This document shows positions 1 through 6,513 of a stretch of DNA of 28,010 nt, piece after piece. Location: the IMG/VR virus record IMGVR_UViG_3300017650_000002. One strand, 5' to 3'. Numbering within the stretch: the stretch's first letter is position 1; each line of letters opens with the position of its first letter. The notes beneath the pieces were generated by a model. The model saw only the letters and a program-made list of their open reading frames with translations. It was not told the DNA's origin and did not search any database. Source of the DNA: a virus. Lineage: Duplodnaviria > Heunggongvirae > Uroviricota > Caudoviricetes. The position numbers and the translations under genes are program-made.

Positions 1-1
1 C

Positions 2-1903
2 TATAACGTGGTTAAACACAGGATCAGTGTACTGGAAGGTTTTAAGGAGTCTGCTATCAATGGTAAGGTTCGTGCTAGGATTAATGGCTTCACCAATACT
101 CTTCGTGTGAAGCACGCTGGTGTTGTAAATCTGCCTGGGGTTGATAAGGCCTACGGGGAGGCTGTACGGGGTTGTTTGGTTGCAGGTCCTGGCAAGATTT
201 CTTGTGGATCAGATATGAGTTCCCTCGAAGATCGGACCAAACACCATTTTATGCTTCCACATGACCCTGAGTATGTGGCAACCATGCAAGCTGACAACTA
301 CGATCCTCACGTTCTGATGGCTCTAACAGCTAAGATGATCACACAGGAAGAGTTTGATCAGTTTATGGCTGGAGTTAAGACTGACAAGGTCAAGGCTGCA
401 CGTAAGAAAGGTAAGACTTGTTTGCCTACAGACAACACGGAGGTGTTGACACTCCGTGGTTGGCTTCCTGGAAAGGAGGTTGTTGTTGGAGATTACGTTA
501 TGTCTCGCAGCAACACCACAGGCATGCTGGAGTGGAGTCATGTAGACAATACTGTCCTGTATTCTGACAGTGAAGTTTTTGCGATGAGGAACAGCAGTTT
601 TCAGCTGGAGTCAACCGCCGACCATAGATGGGTTGTTGAACGTAGAACAGGACGTGGACGGACAAGGAGGAAAGTTGTTGAGTACCGGACTACAGAGGAT
701 TTGAATAAATCTTGTGAAATCATTGTCTCTGCCCCAGGATATAAGGGTTTTTCTGGGGTAACTCCCGGCCAAGCAGCCCTAGTTGGATGGGTTCTGTCAG
801 ACGGCAACTTTAATGTGTCCAAGCTAACCTACAAAACTTCTCAGAAGTCTGATGGAAGTCGTAGGCAGGTTGATATGTCTATTGCTCAGAATAGGTTTTG
901 GCTTGAAGTTAAGACTTGTTTGGAAGATAATGGGCTTTCTTACAAGGAGTATAAGAACAACAGCGGAGTTTCTGTGTTTGATGTCCCATCCCCTGAAGCT
1001 AGGAAGTTCTGGGAGTCCGTTGGTTTGGAGTTGAAAAACAAACATGAAATAGACTACACTTCCTGGATTCTGGGACTTACTCCTGAGGCGAGAGAGGCAT
1101 TTTTTCAAGCTTTTTGGTTGGCTGACGGGGCCACTGGACCTACAGGTACGAGGTATGCAACTCAGATTATTTACCAGAATGAGGGTAACATTGCGGATGC
1201 CGTAGCTCTTGTTAGTTTTTTGATGGGGAAAACCACACTCTCTAATTTTAGAGATGGGTACGGAACTATCAGAAAGCAGCAAAGGAGTACTGTAACAATG
1301 CAAAAAGTGGTAAAAGAGTTTTCCAGAACCACTGAAGTCTTTTGCTTGACAACGACTAACGGAAACTTCGTGATTAGGCAAAATGGCTTCATGACACTAA
1401 CCGGCAATTGTAACTACGCTTCCGTCTATAACGCAGGGGCTGCCAAGATTGCCCAGGCCGCTGGCGTGTCTGAGGGAGAAGGTAAGATCCTTCATACTGC
1501 GTACTGGGAACTTAACTGGTCTGTAAAGGCTATTGCCGAAGAGCAGGTTGTAATTGTGTCAAACGAAAAGAAGTGGCTAGTGAATCCTATCAACGGATTT
1601 TGCTATTCCCTGCGTAAGGAGAGTGACAGGTTTTCTACTCTGGCACAGGGTACTGGATCTTTCTTCTTCGACATGTGGGTAGATGCTATCCTAACGGGTC
1701 AAGAACGTAAGTGGGGAAGAAAAAGCTTGACAGGAAGCTTCCATGATGAGAAAATTATTGTACATAAGGATAGCCCTGCTATCCGAGGGGCGATGACAAA
1801 AATCATCTCGGATGCAATTGATCATGTAAACACTACTTACAAATTACGTAGGCAATTAGGGTGTGAAACCCAATATGGATACCGCTACTCGGAAATTCAC
1901 TAA
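2..1903 (+). CDS. polA: Family A DNA polymerase, C-terminal part (5' truncated by the window edge), interrupted by an intein
   Basis: Motif A-like GSDMSSLE, motif B RKKGKT^CNYASVY (reconstituted by removing the intein) and motif C FHDE. The frame is open back to base 2, so the GTG at 8 is probably not the start. Confidence 0.93.
   Translation, partial: YNVVKHRISVLEGFKESAINGKVRARINGFTNTLRVKHAGVVNLPGVDKAYGEAVRGCLVAGPGKISCGSDMSSLEDRTKHHFMLPHDPEYVATMQADNYDPHVLMALTAKMITQEEFDQFMAGVKTDKVKAARKKGKTCLPTDNTEVLTLRGWLPGKEVVVGDYVMSRSNTTGMLEWSHVDNTVLYSDSEVFAMRNSSFQLESTADHRWVVERRTGRGRTRRKVVEYRTTEDLNKSCEIIVSAPGYKGFSGVTPGQAALVGWVLSDGNFNVSKLTYKTSQKSDGSRRQVDMSIAQNRFWLEVKTCLEDNGLSYKEYKNNSGVSVFDVPSPEARKFWESVGLELKNKHEIDYTSWILGLTPEAREAFFQAFWLADGATGPTGTRYATQIIYQNEGNIADAVALVSFLMGKTTLSNFRDGYGTIRKQQRSTVTMQKVVKEFSRTTEVFCLTTTNGNFVIRQNGFMTLTGNCNYASVYNAGAAKIAQAAGVSEGEGKILHTAYWELNWSVKAIAEEQVVIVSNEKKWLVNPINGFCYSLRKESDRFSTLAQGTGSFFFDMWVDAILTGQERKWGRKSLTGSFHDEKIIVHKDSPAIRGAMTKIISDAIDHVNTTYKLRRQLGCETQYGYRYSEIH
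419..1408 (+). mobile_element. Intein (330 aa) with LAGLIDADG homing endonuclease domain
   Basis: Starts CLPTDNTEVLT..GW, block B STADH, blocks C/E LVGWVLSDG and FFQAFWLADG, C-terminal VFCLTT..GNFVIRQNG..LTGN, followed by +1 Cys. Removal restores polymerase motif B. Confidence 0.93.
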
Positions 1904-1912
1904 GGAGAAAAT

Positions 1913-2284
1913 ATGCAAGGTATTAAGATTAAGATCAACAACGGTAACGGTGACGCAGAAGAGTGCCGCAAGGTTCAAGACATCTTGTTCAACGCAGGGT
2001 ATTCGTGGGTAGTTGGCAAGACCTACCAAAGCCTAAACGCAGGATTCCTCTACGGCAGACCTGACGGGTACTTGGACTGGGGACGTGCAGGGTGTTCAAC
2101 GGCAAGCCATTGGTTTGAGGATCTGGAAAATTATCGGGGGTATGTTGAAGTTCGTCTGGTAGAGCAAATCACCCACGTCCTTGAGGAAGTTCCTGTGAAA
2201 CGAGAAACTATCCAGATCGGCGACTCCGTATATGACAAAAAGCAATTTGAAGAGGCTGTTAAGCATCTGAAGAAGATACACTAA
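1913..2284 (+). CDS. Hypothetical phage protein (123 aa); paralog of the frameshifted gene at 2344-2696
   Basis: AAGGAG RBS, closely follows the polymerase stop. Confidence 0.85.
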   Translation: MQGIKIKINNGNGDAEECRKVQDILFNAGYSWVVGKTYQSLNAGFLYGRPDGYLDWGRAGCSTASHWFEDLENYRGYVEVRLVEQITHVLEEVPVKRETIQIGDSVYDKKQFEEAVKHLKKIH

Positions 2285-2287
2285 CGC

Positions 2288-2316
2288 TTGACAAACCAGA
2301 AATGGGAATGTATAAT
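2288..2316 (+). promoter_or_regulatory. Sigma70 promoter, perfect consensus
   Basis: TTGACA-17 bp-TATAAT; the -10 lies in the loop of an inverted repeat (2299-2324). Confidence 0.85.
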
Positions 2317-2343
2317 TCCCTTTCATACATACAAGGAGGTCTT

Positions 2344-2696
2344 GTGAAAGCTTTTAAGATGAAGATCAACGAGGGTAGGGGGTGACACACTCTTATTCGT
2401 AGAGGCACAAAAATTGTTGTTCAAAATGGGGGTACAGATGGGTAACTGGGTCCCACCTGTTAACTGCTGAAGCAGGCTACGTATTTGGTTCAAGTGATGG
2501 CCTTCTAAGCTATGGCTATGAAGGATTTCTTAATGGTACGGATTATGATAACTATCCAGGTGCAGAATTTCATCTGAAGAGGACATATTCTTACACAACA
2601 GAAGAACAAAGAGATACAATTGCAGTTGATGGTAAAACTTACTATAAAGATGATGTAGTGAGGGCAATTAATCTTGGAGGCCTTCGTAGCTTATAA
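2344..2696 (+). pseudogene. Frameshifted paralog of 1913-2284 (two extra G in G5 runs; real lesion or sequencing error)
   Basis: AAGGAGG RBS and GTG start. Deleting one G at 2378-2382 and one at 2428-2432 gives an ORF with LLFKMGYRWVTG..EAGYVFGSSDGLLSYG that aligns to ILFNAGYSWVVG..NAGFLYGRPDGYLDWG. Confidence 0.8.
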
Positions 2697-2713
2697 TAAA
2701 GGAGATTTTAACC

Positions 2714-2923
2714 ATGTTTAATAAGATTCAATCTGTTAGTAAGATTCTGTCAGTTTTCACGAAGACTGTGGATAAGCTTCGTGCAGTGGAGCAAGCTCAG
2801 AACCAACGTGTGGATGCAATTCAGGTACAGATTCTAGACCTGGATGCTCAAGCCGTCGCCGCAGGGGAAGAGCGTGATCGTGCAAAGGAAGCAGCAGATA
2901 AGATTTCAGCACTATTCGGTTGA
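2714..2923 (+). CDS. Hypothetical coiled-coil protein (69 aa)
   Basis: AAGGAG RBS, helical heptad pattern. Confidence 0.8.
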   Translation: MFNKIQSVSKILSVFTKTVDKLRAVEQAQNQRVDAIQVQILDLDAQAVAAGEERDRAKEAADKISALFG

Positions 2924-2929
2924 GAATAG

Positions 2930-3184
2930 ATGAGCAAAATTAAAGCATTTCTAGCAGTCATTGTATGGCTGTTCATGATCCTAGCCTGCGTCGTTATGAA
3001 CGCATCTGTATGGTTTGGAATTCTTTCAGCCATCGGGTACACAACCTCCAACTTTGCAGCAGGGGCACTCTCCGCTGTATTAGGTGGGGTTGTAATGGGT
3101 TTGTCTGTTACAGTGTGTTCTGCCCTAGTTGGAACACTTGTTATCGTCTTTCTTGTAAGTCTATTGAAGAAGCTTACAGGCTAA
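2930..3184 (+). CDS. Small membrane protein (84 aa)
   Basis: Almost entirely hydrophobic, 2-3 predicted TM helices. Confidence 0.8.
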   Translation: MSKIKAFLAVIVWLFMILACVVMNASVWFGILSAIGYTTSNFAAGALSAVLGGVVMGLSVTVCSALVGTLVIVFLVSLLKKLTG

Positions 3185-3185
3185 G

Positions 3186-3256
3186 GGAAAGGGTAGTCCT
3201 TTCTAACTACCTCGGGGCACGGTTGGTGCCCCATTTATATTTGGGAGAATTAATAT
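3186..3256 (+). promoter_or_regulatory. Structured leader of the SSB-like gene: overlapping stems, a GC hairpin and an AT-rich tract
   Basis: GGAAAGG(3186-92)/CCTTTCT(3198-3204); GTAGT(3193-97)/ACTAC(3206-10); GGGGCAC(3214-20)/GTGCCCC(3226-32). Confidence 0.5.
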
Positions 3257-4105
3257 ATGTCAATCGTAACCATCGTAAATGAACGTACAGATGAAGAAGA
3301 AACCCTAGCTAAGGGCACAGTTAAGGCAGTCTACTTTAATGAGATTAAAGCAGATCAACGTAAGGACTATGGCAAGGATGGTAAGTCATGGATTCCTACA
3401 CACCGAGTGACTATCGTTATTGACGACGATAAGATTTCAGCTGGTATGTATGTTCAGGAAGAAGGTAAAGATCTAGTCCTGCGGGCCAAGGACAAGGAAG
3501 GTAACTATCAAAACGTCACCAAGGGTGCAGTGGTTACCGTTGAAGTGCAGAAGGGAAAGCCTTACAAGGGTGTGGATCAGTATTCTTGCTTCCCAAACAA
3601 GATCCTGGTACGGGAAGTCTCAAAAGAAGTCCCAACTCAGGCTGGTAGCCAAGCCCCCGCTAGGAAGTCAGATCCAACTGAACTCATCGCAGGTAATGCA
3701 CGAAACACCGCCGCCATCCTGGTACGCCGTTTCGGTGTAGACTTCAATGAAGCAATCACCTATGCTTCACAAGTGAGTCATAATGCCAAAATTGAGTACG
3801 CCGCAACAGACAGTAAGATGACTGAATATCAAGTTGGAGTTTCTGTTGGTGAAGCTGTAAAAATCGCCGCTGAGCTTGCTACGGATATGTCCAGTATCCC
3901 AGACTACATTACAGCCTATCTGTCCGATCAGGTTCCACATAGCCTGGAAGTTGTTAAATCAATGAAGGGTAGCCAGGAGTTTGTGACACCAGAACTGCCA
4001 TCTGAGGCGGGTAAGGCTAAACCTGTAAAGACAAAGGTAGCACCAAAGCCTAAGAAGGAAGAGCCAAGTCTAGCTGATTTAGACGATGACTCAATCCCAT
4101 TTTAG
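3257..4105 (+). CDS. Putative single-stranded DNA-binding protein
   Basis: Beta-rich N-terminus, Pro/Lys linker, acidic tail ending DLDDDSIPF like bacterial SSB-Ct; located in the replication module. Confidence 0.6.
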   Translation: MSIVTIVNERTDEEETLAKGTVKAVYFNEIKADQRKDYGKDGKSWIPTHRVTIVIDDDKISAGMYVQEEGKDLVLRAKDKEGNYQNVTKGAVVTVEVQKGKPYKGVDQYSCFPNKILVREVSKEVPTQAGSQAPARKSDPTELIAGNARNTAAILVRRFGVDFNEAITYASQVSHNAKIEYAATDSKMTEYQVGVSVGEAVKIAAELATDMSSIPDYITAYLSDQVPHSLEVVKSMKGSQEFVTPELPSEAGKAKPVKTKVAPKPKKEEPSLADLDDDSIPF

Positions 4106-4107
4106 TC

Positions 4108-4527
4108 GTGAAGAAGTGTTTTAAGTGTGGGGCTGAAAAGCCCTACACTGAATTCTACAAACACCCTAGGATGGCAGACGGACACCTAAATAAGTGCAAG
4201 GAATGTACAAAAACTGACGTGAAGGAACGCAGGGCCACAAACCCTGCTGTCCAGGAGTACGATAGAATGAGAGGAAATAGACAGAATACAGGATACCTTG
4301 CGGGGTACAGAAAGAGGTATCCAAAGAAGTATTCTGCACACCAATCTGTAGCCTGGGCTGTCAAGTCCGGTAGGCTTGTGAATCCAGGTATTTGTGGATG
4401 TGGATCAACCTTTCATGTAGAAGCACACCACGACGACTACGACAAGCCTCTTGAGGTTAGGTGGTTGTGTTCTCTATGTCACAAAAGGTGGCATGCGGAG
4501 TATGGTGAGGCGTTAAATTCTTTTTGA
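4108..4527 (+). CDS. HNH-type endonuclease with N-terminal Cys zinc finger (probable free-standing homing endonuclease)
   Basis: CFKC..CKEC N-terminus; VEAHHDDYDKPLEVRWLCSLCHKRWH C-terminus. Confidence 0.75.
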   Translation: MKKCFKCGAEKPYTEFYKHPRMADGHLNKCKECTKTDVKERRATNPAVQEYDRMRGNRQNTGYLAGYRKRYPKKYSAHQSVAWAVKSGRLVNPGICGCGSTFHVEAHHDDYDKPLEVRWLCSLCHKRWHAEYGEALNSF

Positions 4528-4538
4528 TGTAAGCTGAG

Positions 4539-4568
4539 AAAAGCCTCCTTCGGGAGGCTTTTTCTTTT
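4539..4568 (+). terminator. Intrinsic terminator with UUCG loop
   Basis: AAAAGCCTCC-TTCG-GGAGGCTTTT followed by TCTTTT. Confidence 0.9.
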
Positions 4569-4595
4569 GACATTTAATTTTTGTTGTGATAGAAT
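4567..4595 (+). promoter_or_regulatory. Sigma70 promoter
   Basis: TTGACA-17 bp-TAGAAT, starting inside the terminator T-tract. Confidence 0.8.
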
Positions 4596-4626
4596 TCTTT
4601 TATTGAATCTGAACGGGAGGGAGAAG

Positions 4627-4788
4627 ATGGTCTACCAGCTTGTATGGAGTAACGGGGGTGTTCGGGAGAGCTATGTCTACGAGGATGTGAACGAAGCTTT
4701 TGCTGAGGCGGATTTTCGGAACACAGAGTGTGGAGTCCAACACTGGATTGTAGTAGCTCTTAATGTGGTCAAGAGGGGAGAAGGTTAA
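4627..4788 (+). CDS. Hypothetical protein (53 aa)
   Basis: ATG at 4627 with GGGAGG RBS; the track start at 4567 is the promoter -35. Confidence 0.7.
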   Translation: MVYQLVWSNGGVRESYVYEDVNEAFAEADFRNTECGVQHWIVVALNVVKRGEG

Positions 4789-5072
4789 TGAATGAACGTA
4801 TTGTGTGTGCAGCGAATCAAGACCAGTATGGTTACATTGTCCTAGGCGTTAGACATCATGACCCTCTCATGAATGAAAATATCAGAGCAGCACATGGTTG
4901 CTATAACCCAATCATTGGAGACTTCGAGGAACAAGGTTTTATCACTAACAGGGGCCGATTTGTAGATCGTCAGGAAGCTTGGCAGATCGCAGTTCGTGAA
5001 GGTCAAATCCTTCATCGGGCAGGAGGGGATGACGCTGAAGGTGGAACACTGTACTCTGAAAACCTCTACTAA
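4788..5072 (+). CDS. Conserved phage hypothetical protein (94 aa)
   Basis: EQGFI..G.F.DR.EA..IA...GQ...LYSE.LY pattern recalled from other phages; stop/start coupling. Confidence 0.8.
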   Translation: MNERIVCAANQDQYGYIVLGVRHHDPLMNENIRAAHGCYNPIIGDFEEQGFITNRGRFVDRQEAWQIAVREGQILHRAGGDDAEGGTLYSENLY

Positions 5073-5083
5073 GGAGAGACAAA

Positions 5084-5239
5084 ATGTGGAAAGTGTGGAG
5101 TCCATACTACAACCTTGACGAAGAAGAGTTTAACAGCTATAATGAAGCCTATGATTTTATGGTAGACTGTCACGGAAGCGAAGCTTCGTTGGAAATGTTC
5201 ATAGAAGAAGGTTTGGCAGCTATTGAGGATGTTGTATGA
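5084..5239 (+). CDS. Small acidic protein (51 aa)
   Basis: AAGGAG RBS; MWKVWSPYYNLDEEEF...IEDVV; below the ORF-track cutoff. Confidence 0.7.
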   Translation: MWKVWSPYYNLDEEEFNSYNEAYDFMVDCHGSEASLEMFIEEGLAAIEDVV

Positions 5240-5364
5240 CAAAAGAAGAAGCCCAAAATCGTGCAGATTATATTTGGCAAGAGATCCTAGATAATGAAGA
5301 AGAGATTATGTATCTTCGGCGAGAGCTTGAAGAACTTTTTGAACAATTTCCTGACCTAGACTAA
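5236..5364 (+). CDS. Small acidic protein (42 aa)
   Basis: ATGA overlap with the previous gene; MTKEEAQNRADYIWQEILDNEEE...FPDLD. Confidence 0.65.
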   Translation: MTKEEAQNRADYIWQEILDNEEEIMYLRRELEELFEQFPDLD

Positions 5365-5381
5365 AATTTGTGGTATAATAG
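5365..5381 (+). promoter_or_regulatory. Extended -10 promoter for tRNA(CAT)
   Basis: TGnTATAAT with no good -35; the 17-mer is identical to 12853-12869. Confidence 0.65.
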
Positions 5382-5389
5382 ATTTTAAA

Positions 5390-5466
5390 TCTCCTATAGC
5401 TCAGCGGTTAGTAGCAGCGGACTCATAATCCGTTGGTCCCTGGTTCAAATCCAGGTGGGAGAACCA
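5390..5466 (+). tRNA. tRNA with CAT anticodon (Ile2 or elongator Met), CCA encoded
   Basis: Acceptor TCTCCTA/TGGGAGA, anticodon arm GCGGA-CTCATAA-TCCGT, T-arm CCTGG-TTCAAAT-CCAGG, ACCA end. Confidence 0.92.
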
Positions 5467-5487
5467 AACATTAAAGAGGAGGAGGCT

Positions 5488-5706
5488 ATGAAACCTGAAG
5501 TAAAGATTACAGATGTGGAGATTTGGCCTGCAAGTGGATATTTTGGACGAGCTTACGAGGGCCAGGAAGTGGCGACAGGTGTCTTGGCAGAGAAAGACCA
5601 CCGTGGGTGGCCTGAGGGCTATCCGATTCGTACAAGTATCATTGTAAACTACAATGAAGAAGATGGCATCATCGAAACACTAAACACTATCTACATTATT
5701 GTTTGA
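5488..5706 (+). CDS. Hypothetical protein (72 aa)
   Basis: GGAGG RBS and ATG 5488; the track start at 5455 lies inside the tRNA. Confidence 0.8.
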   Translation: MKPEVKITDVEIWPASGYFGRAYEGQEVATGVLAEKDHRGWPEGYPIRTSIIVNYNEEDGIIETLNTIYIIV

Positions 5707-5731
5707 CACGACGAAAATTTTGATGTAGAAT
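5703..5731 (+). promoter_or_regulatory. Sigma70 promoter of the tRNA/tRNA-like operon
   Basis: TTGACA-17 bp-TAGAAT; the -10 ends 10 bp before the first RNA. Confidence 0.85.
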
Positions 5732-5740
5732 ACGTTTTAT

Positions 5741-5863
5741 AGTTTGGTAGCTTAAAGATAGAGCAGTGGGCAAACATATAATGAATCCAGCGAAAGGCTT
5801 ACTGCCTTTATCGGGGAAGTCGTTAGACACCCATCAGTGCAGGTTCGACCCCTGCCCAAACTA
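5741..5863 (+). ncRNA. tRNA-like RNA with a 59-nt structured insert replacing the anticodon loop
   Basis: Acceptor AGTTTGG/CCAAACT, D-arm GCTT-AAAGATA-GAGC, anticodon stem GTGGG/CCCAT, T-arm GCAGG-TTCGACC-CCTGC; no encoded CCA. Confidence 0.8.
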
Positions 5864-5878
5864 TCTTATTAAGTTTCT

Positions 5879-5960
5879 CCGGGTGTATCTCAACGGTCTT
5901 CTAAACCGTCGTTAATCGAGTAATTGGAGTATGCAGGTTCGAGTCCTGCCATCCGGGCCA
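5879..5960 (+). ncRNA. D-armless tRNA-like RNA with TCT (Arg) anticodon and long variable region, CCA encoded
   Basis: Acceptor CCGGGTG/CATCCGG, only TATCTCA before the anticodon arm ACGGT-CTTCTAA-ACCGT, 23-nt variable region, T-arm GCAGG-TTCGAGT-CCTGC, GCCA end. Confidence 0.8.
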
Positions 5961-5966
5961 AAATAT

Positions 5967-6042
5967 ACGTCTGTAGCTCAGTGGATAGAGCGATCCCCTC
6001 CTAAGGGATAGGTCGTAGGTTCGATTCCTACCAGACGTGCCA
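5967..6042 (+). tRNA. tRNA-Arg(CCT), CCA encoded
   Basis: Canonical cloverleaf: ACGTCTG/CAGACGT, ATCCC-CTCCTAA-GGGAT, A20 and G73 Arg identity elements. Confidence 0.95.
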
Positions 6043-6060
6043 ACTAATCTAGGAGATACC

Positions 6061-6255
6061 ATGCCAGTTGTCATCGGAAAGGACGAGTCAGTGTCTAAGG
6101 TCATCACTTGCAAGAACTGTGGTAGTGTGCTAAAGTACTATCCTAGTGAGGTAAGGACACTTTGGAGTGGAACAGATTACGGGGGAGGCCCTGACGGAGC
6201 TAAGGGATTCAATTGCCCCGGTTGTGGTCAGAAAGTCATTACTGAGAGTTGGTAA
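6061..6255 (+). CDS. Zinc-ribbon protein (64 aa)
   Basis: CKNC...CPGC; AGGAG RBS; ATG 6061. Confidence 0.8.
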   Translation: MPVVIGKDESVSKVITCKNCGSVLKYYPSEVRTLWSGTDYGGGPDGAKGFNCPGCGQKVITESW

Positions 6256-6274
6256 GAATAAGGAGGATTTTATA

Positions 6275-6490
6275 ATGGGTAGCATTGAACGAAAAGTCTG
6301 GATTTTCAAGACGGCTGAAACTCTTCCAGCTTATGAGGATTCTTATAACGGAATGGTATTAGCTATGACTGTAAACGGGGACTGGGCAAATAAGCACATT
6401 GATTTCGTGATCGGTGCACCTGCGTTCTACGTCAAATGGATGCAATACCCTAATCTAGCAGATCACATCAAGGAGTTTTCCTATGAATAA
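6275..6490 (+). CDS. Hypothetical protein (71 aa)
   Basis: AAGGAGG RBS before ATG 6275. Confidence 0.8.
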   Translation: MGSIERKVWIFKTAETLPAYEDSYNGMVLAMTVNGDWANKHIDFVIGAPAFYVKWMQYPNLADHIKEFSYE

Positions 6491-6513
6491 AATAATTTGA
6501 AGTTGGTTGTAGG

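Noticed and set aside
8-10. GTG at 8 as the polymerase start
   Set aside because: The frame is open to the window edge and the upstream polymerase domains are missing, so the gene begins before the window.
5771-5829. 59-nt insert as a group I/II intron, hammerhead ribozyme or archaeal BHB intron
   Set aside because: Too short for group I/II; lacks the CUGANGA hammerhead core; the putative BHB central helix has a mismatch and no second bulge; no splice choice restores a canonical loop with U33 and a purine at 37.
5741-5863. Extended-arm RNA as tmRNA or YrlA-type Y RNA
   Set aside because: No G3-U70 pair, no tag frame or pseudoknot region, and it is too short for tmRNA. The 5'/3' ends form the acceptor stem, unlike the permuted topology of YrlA.
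5781-5915. 44-codon ORF starting ATG AAT CCA inside the tRNA-like RNAs
   Set aside because: No RBS, and it runs through two structured RNAs; probably incidental.
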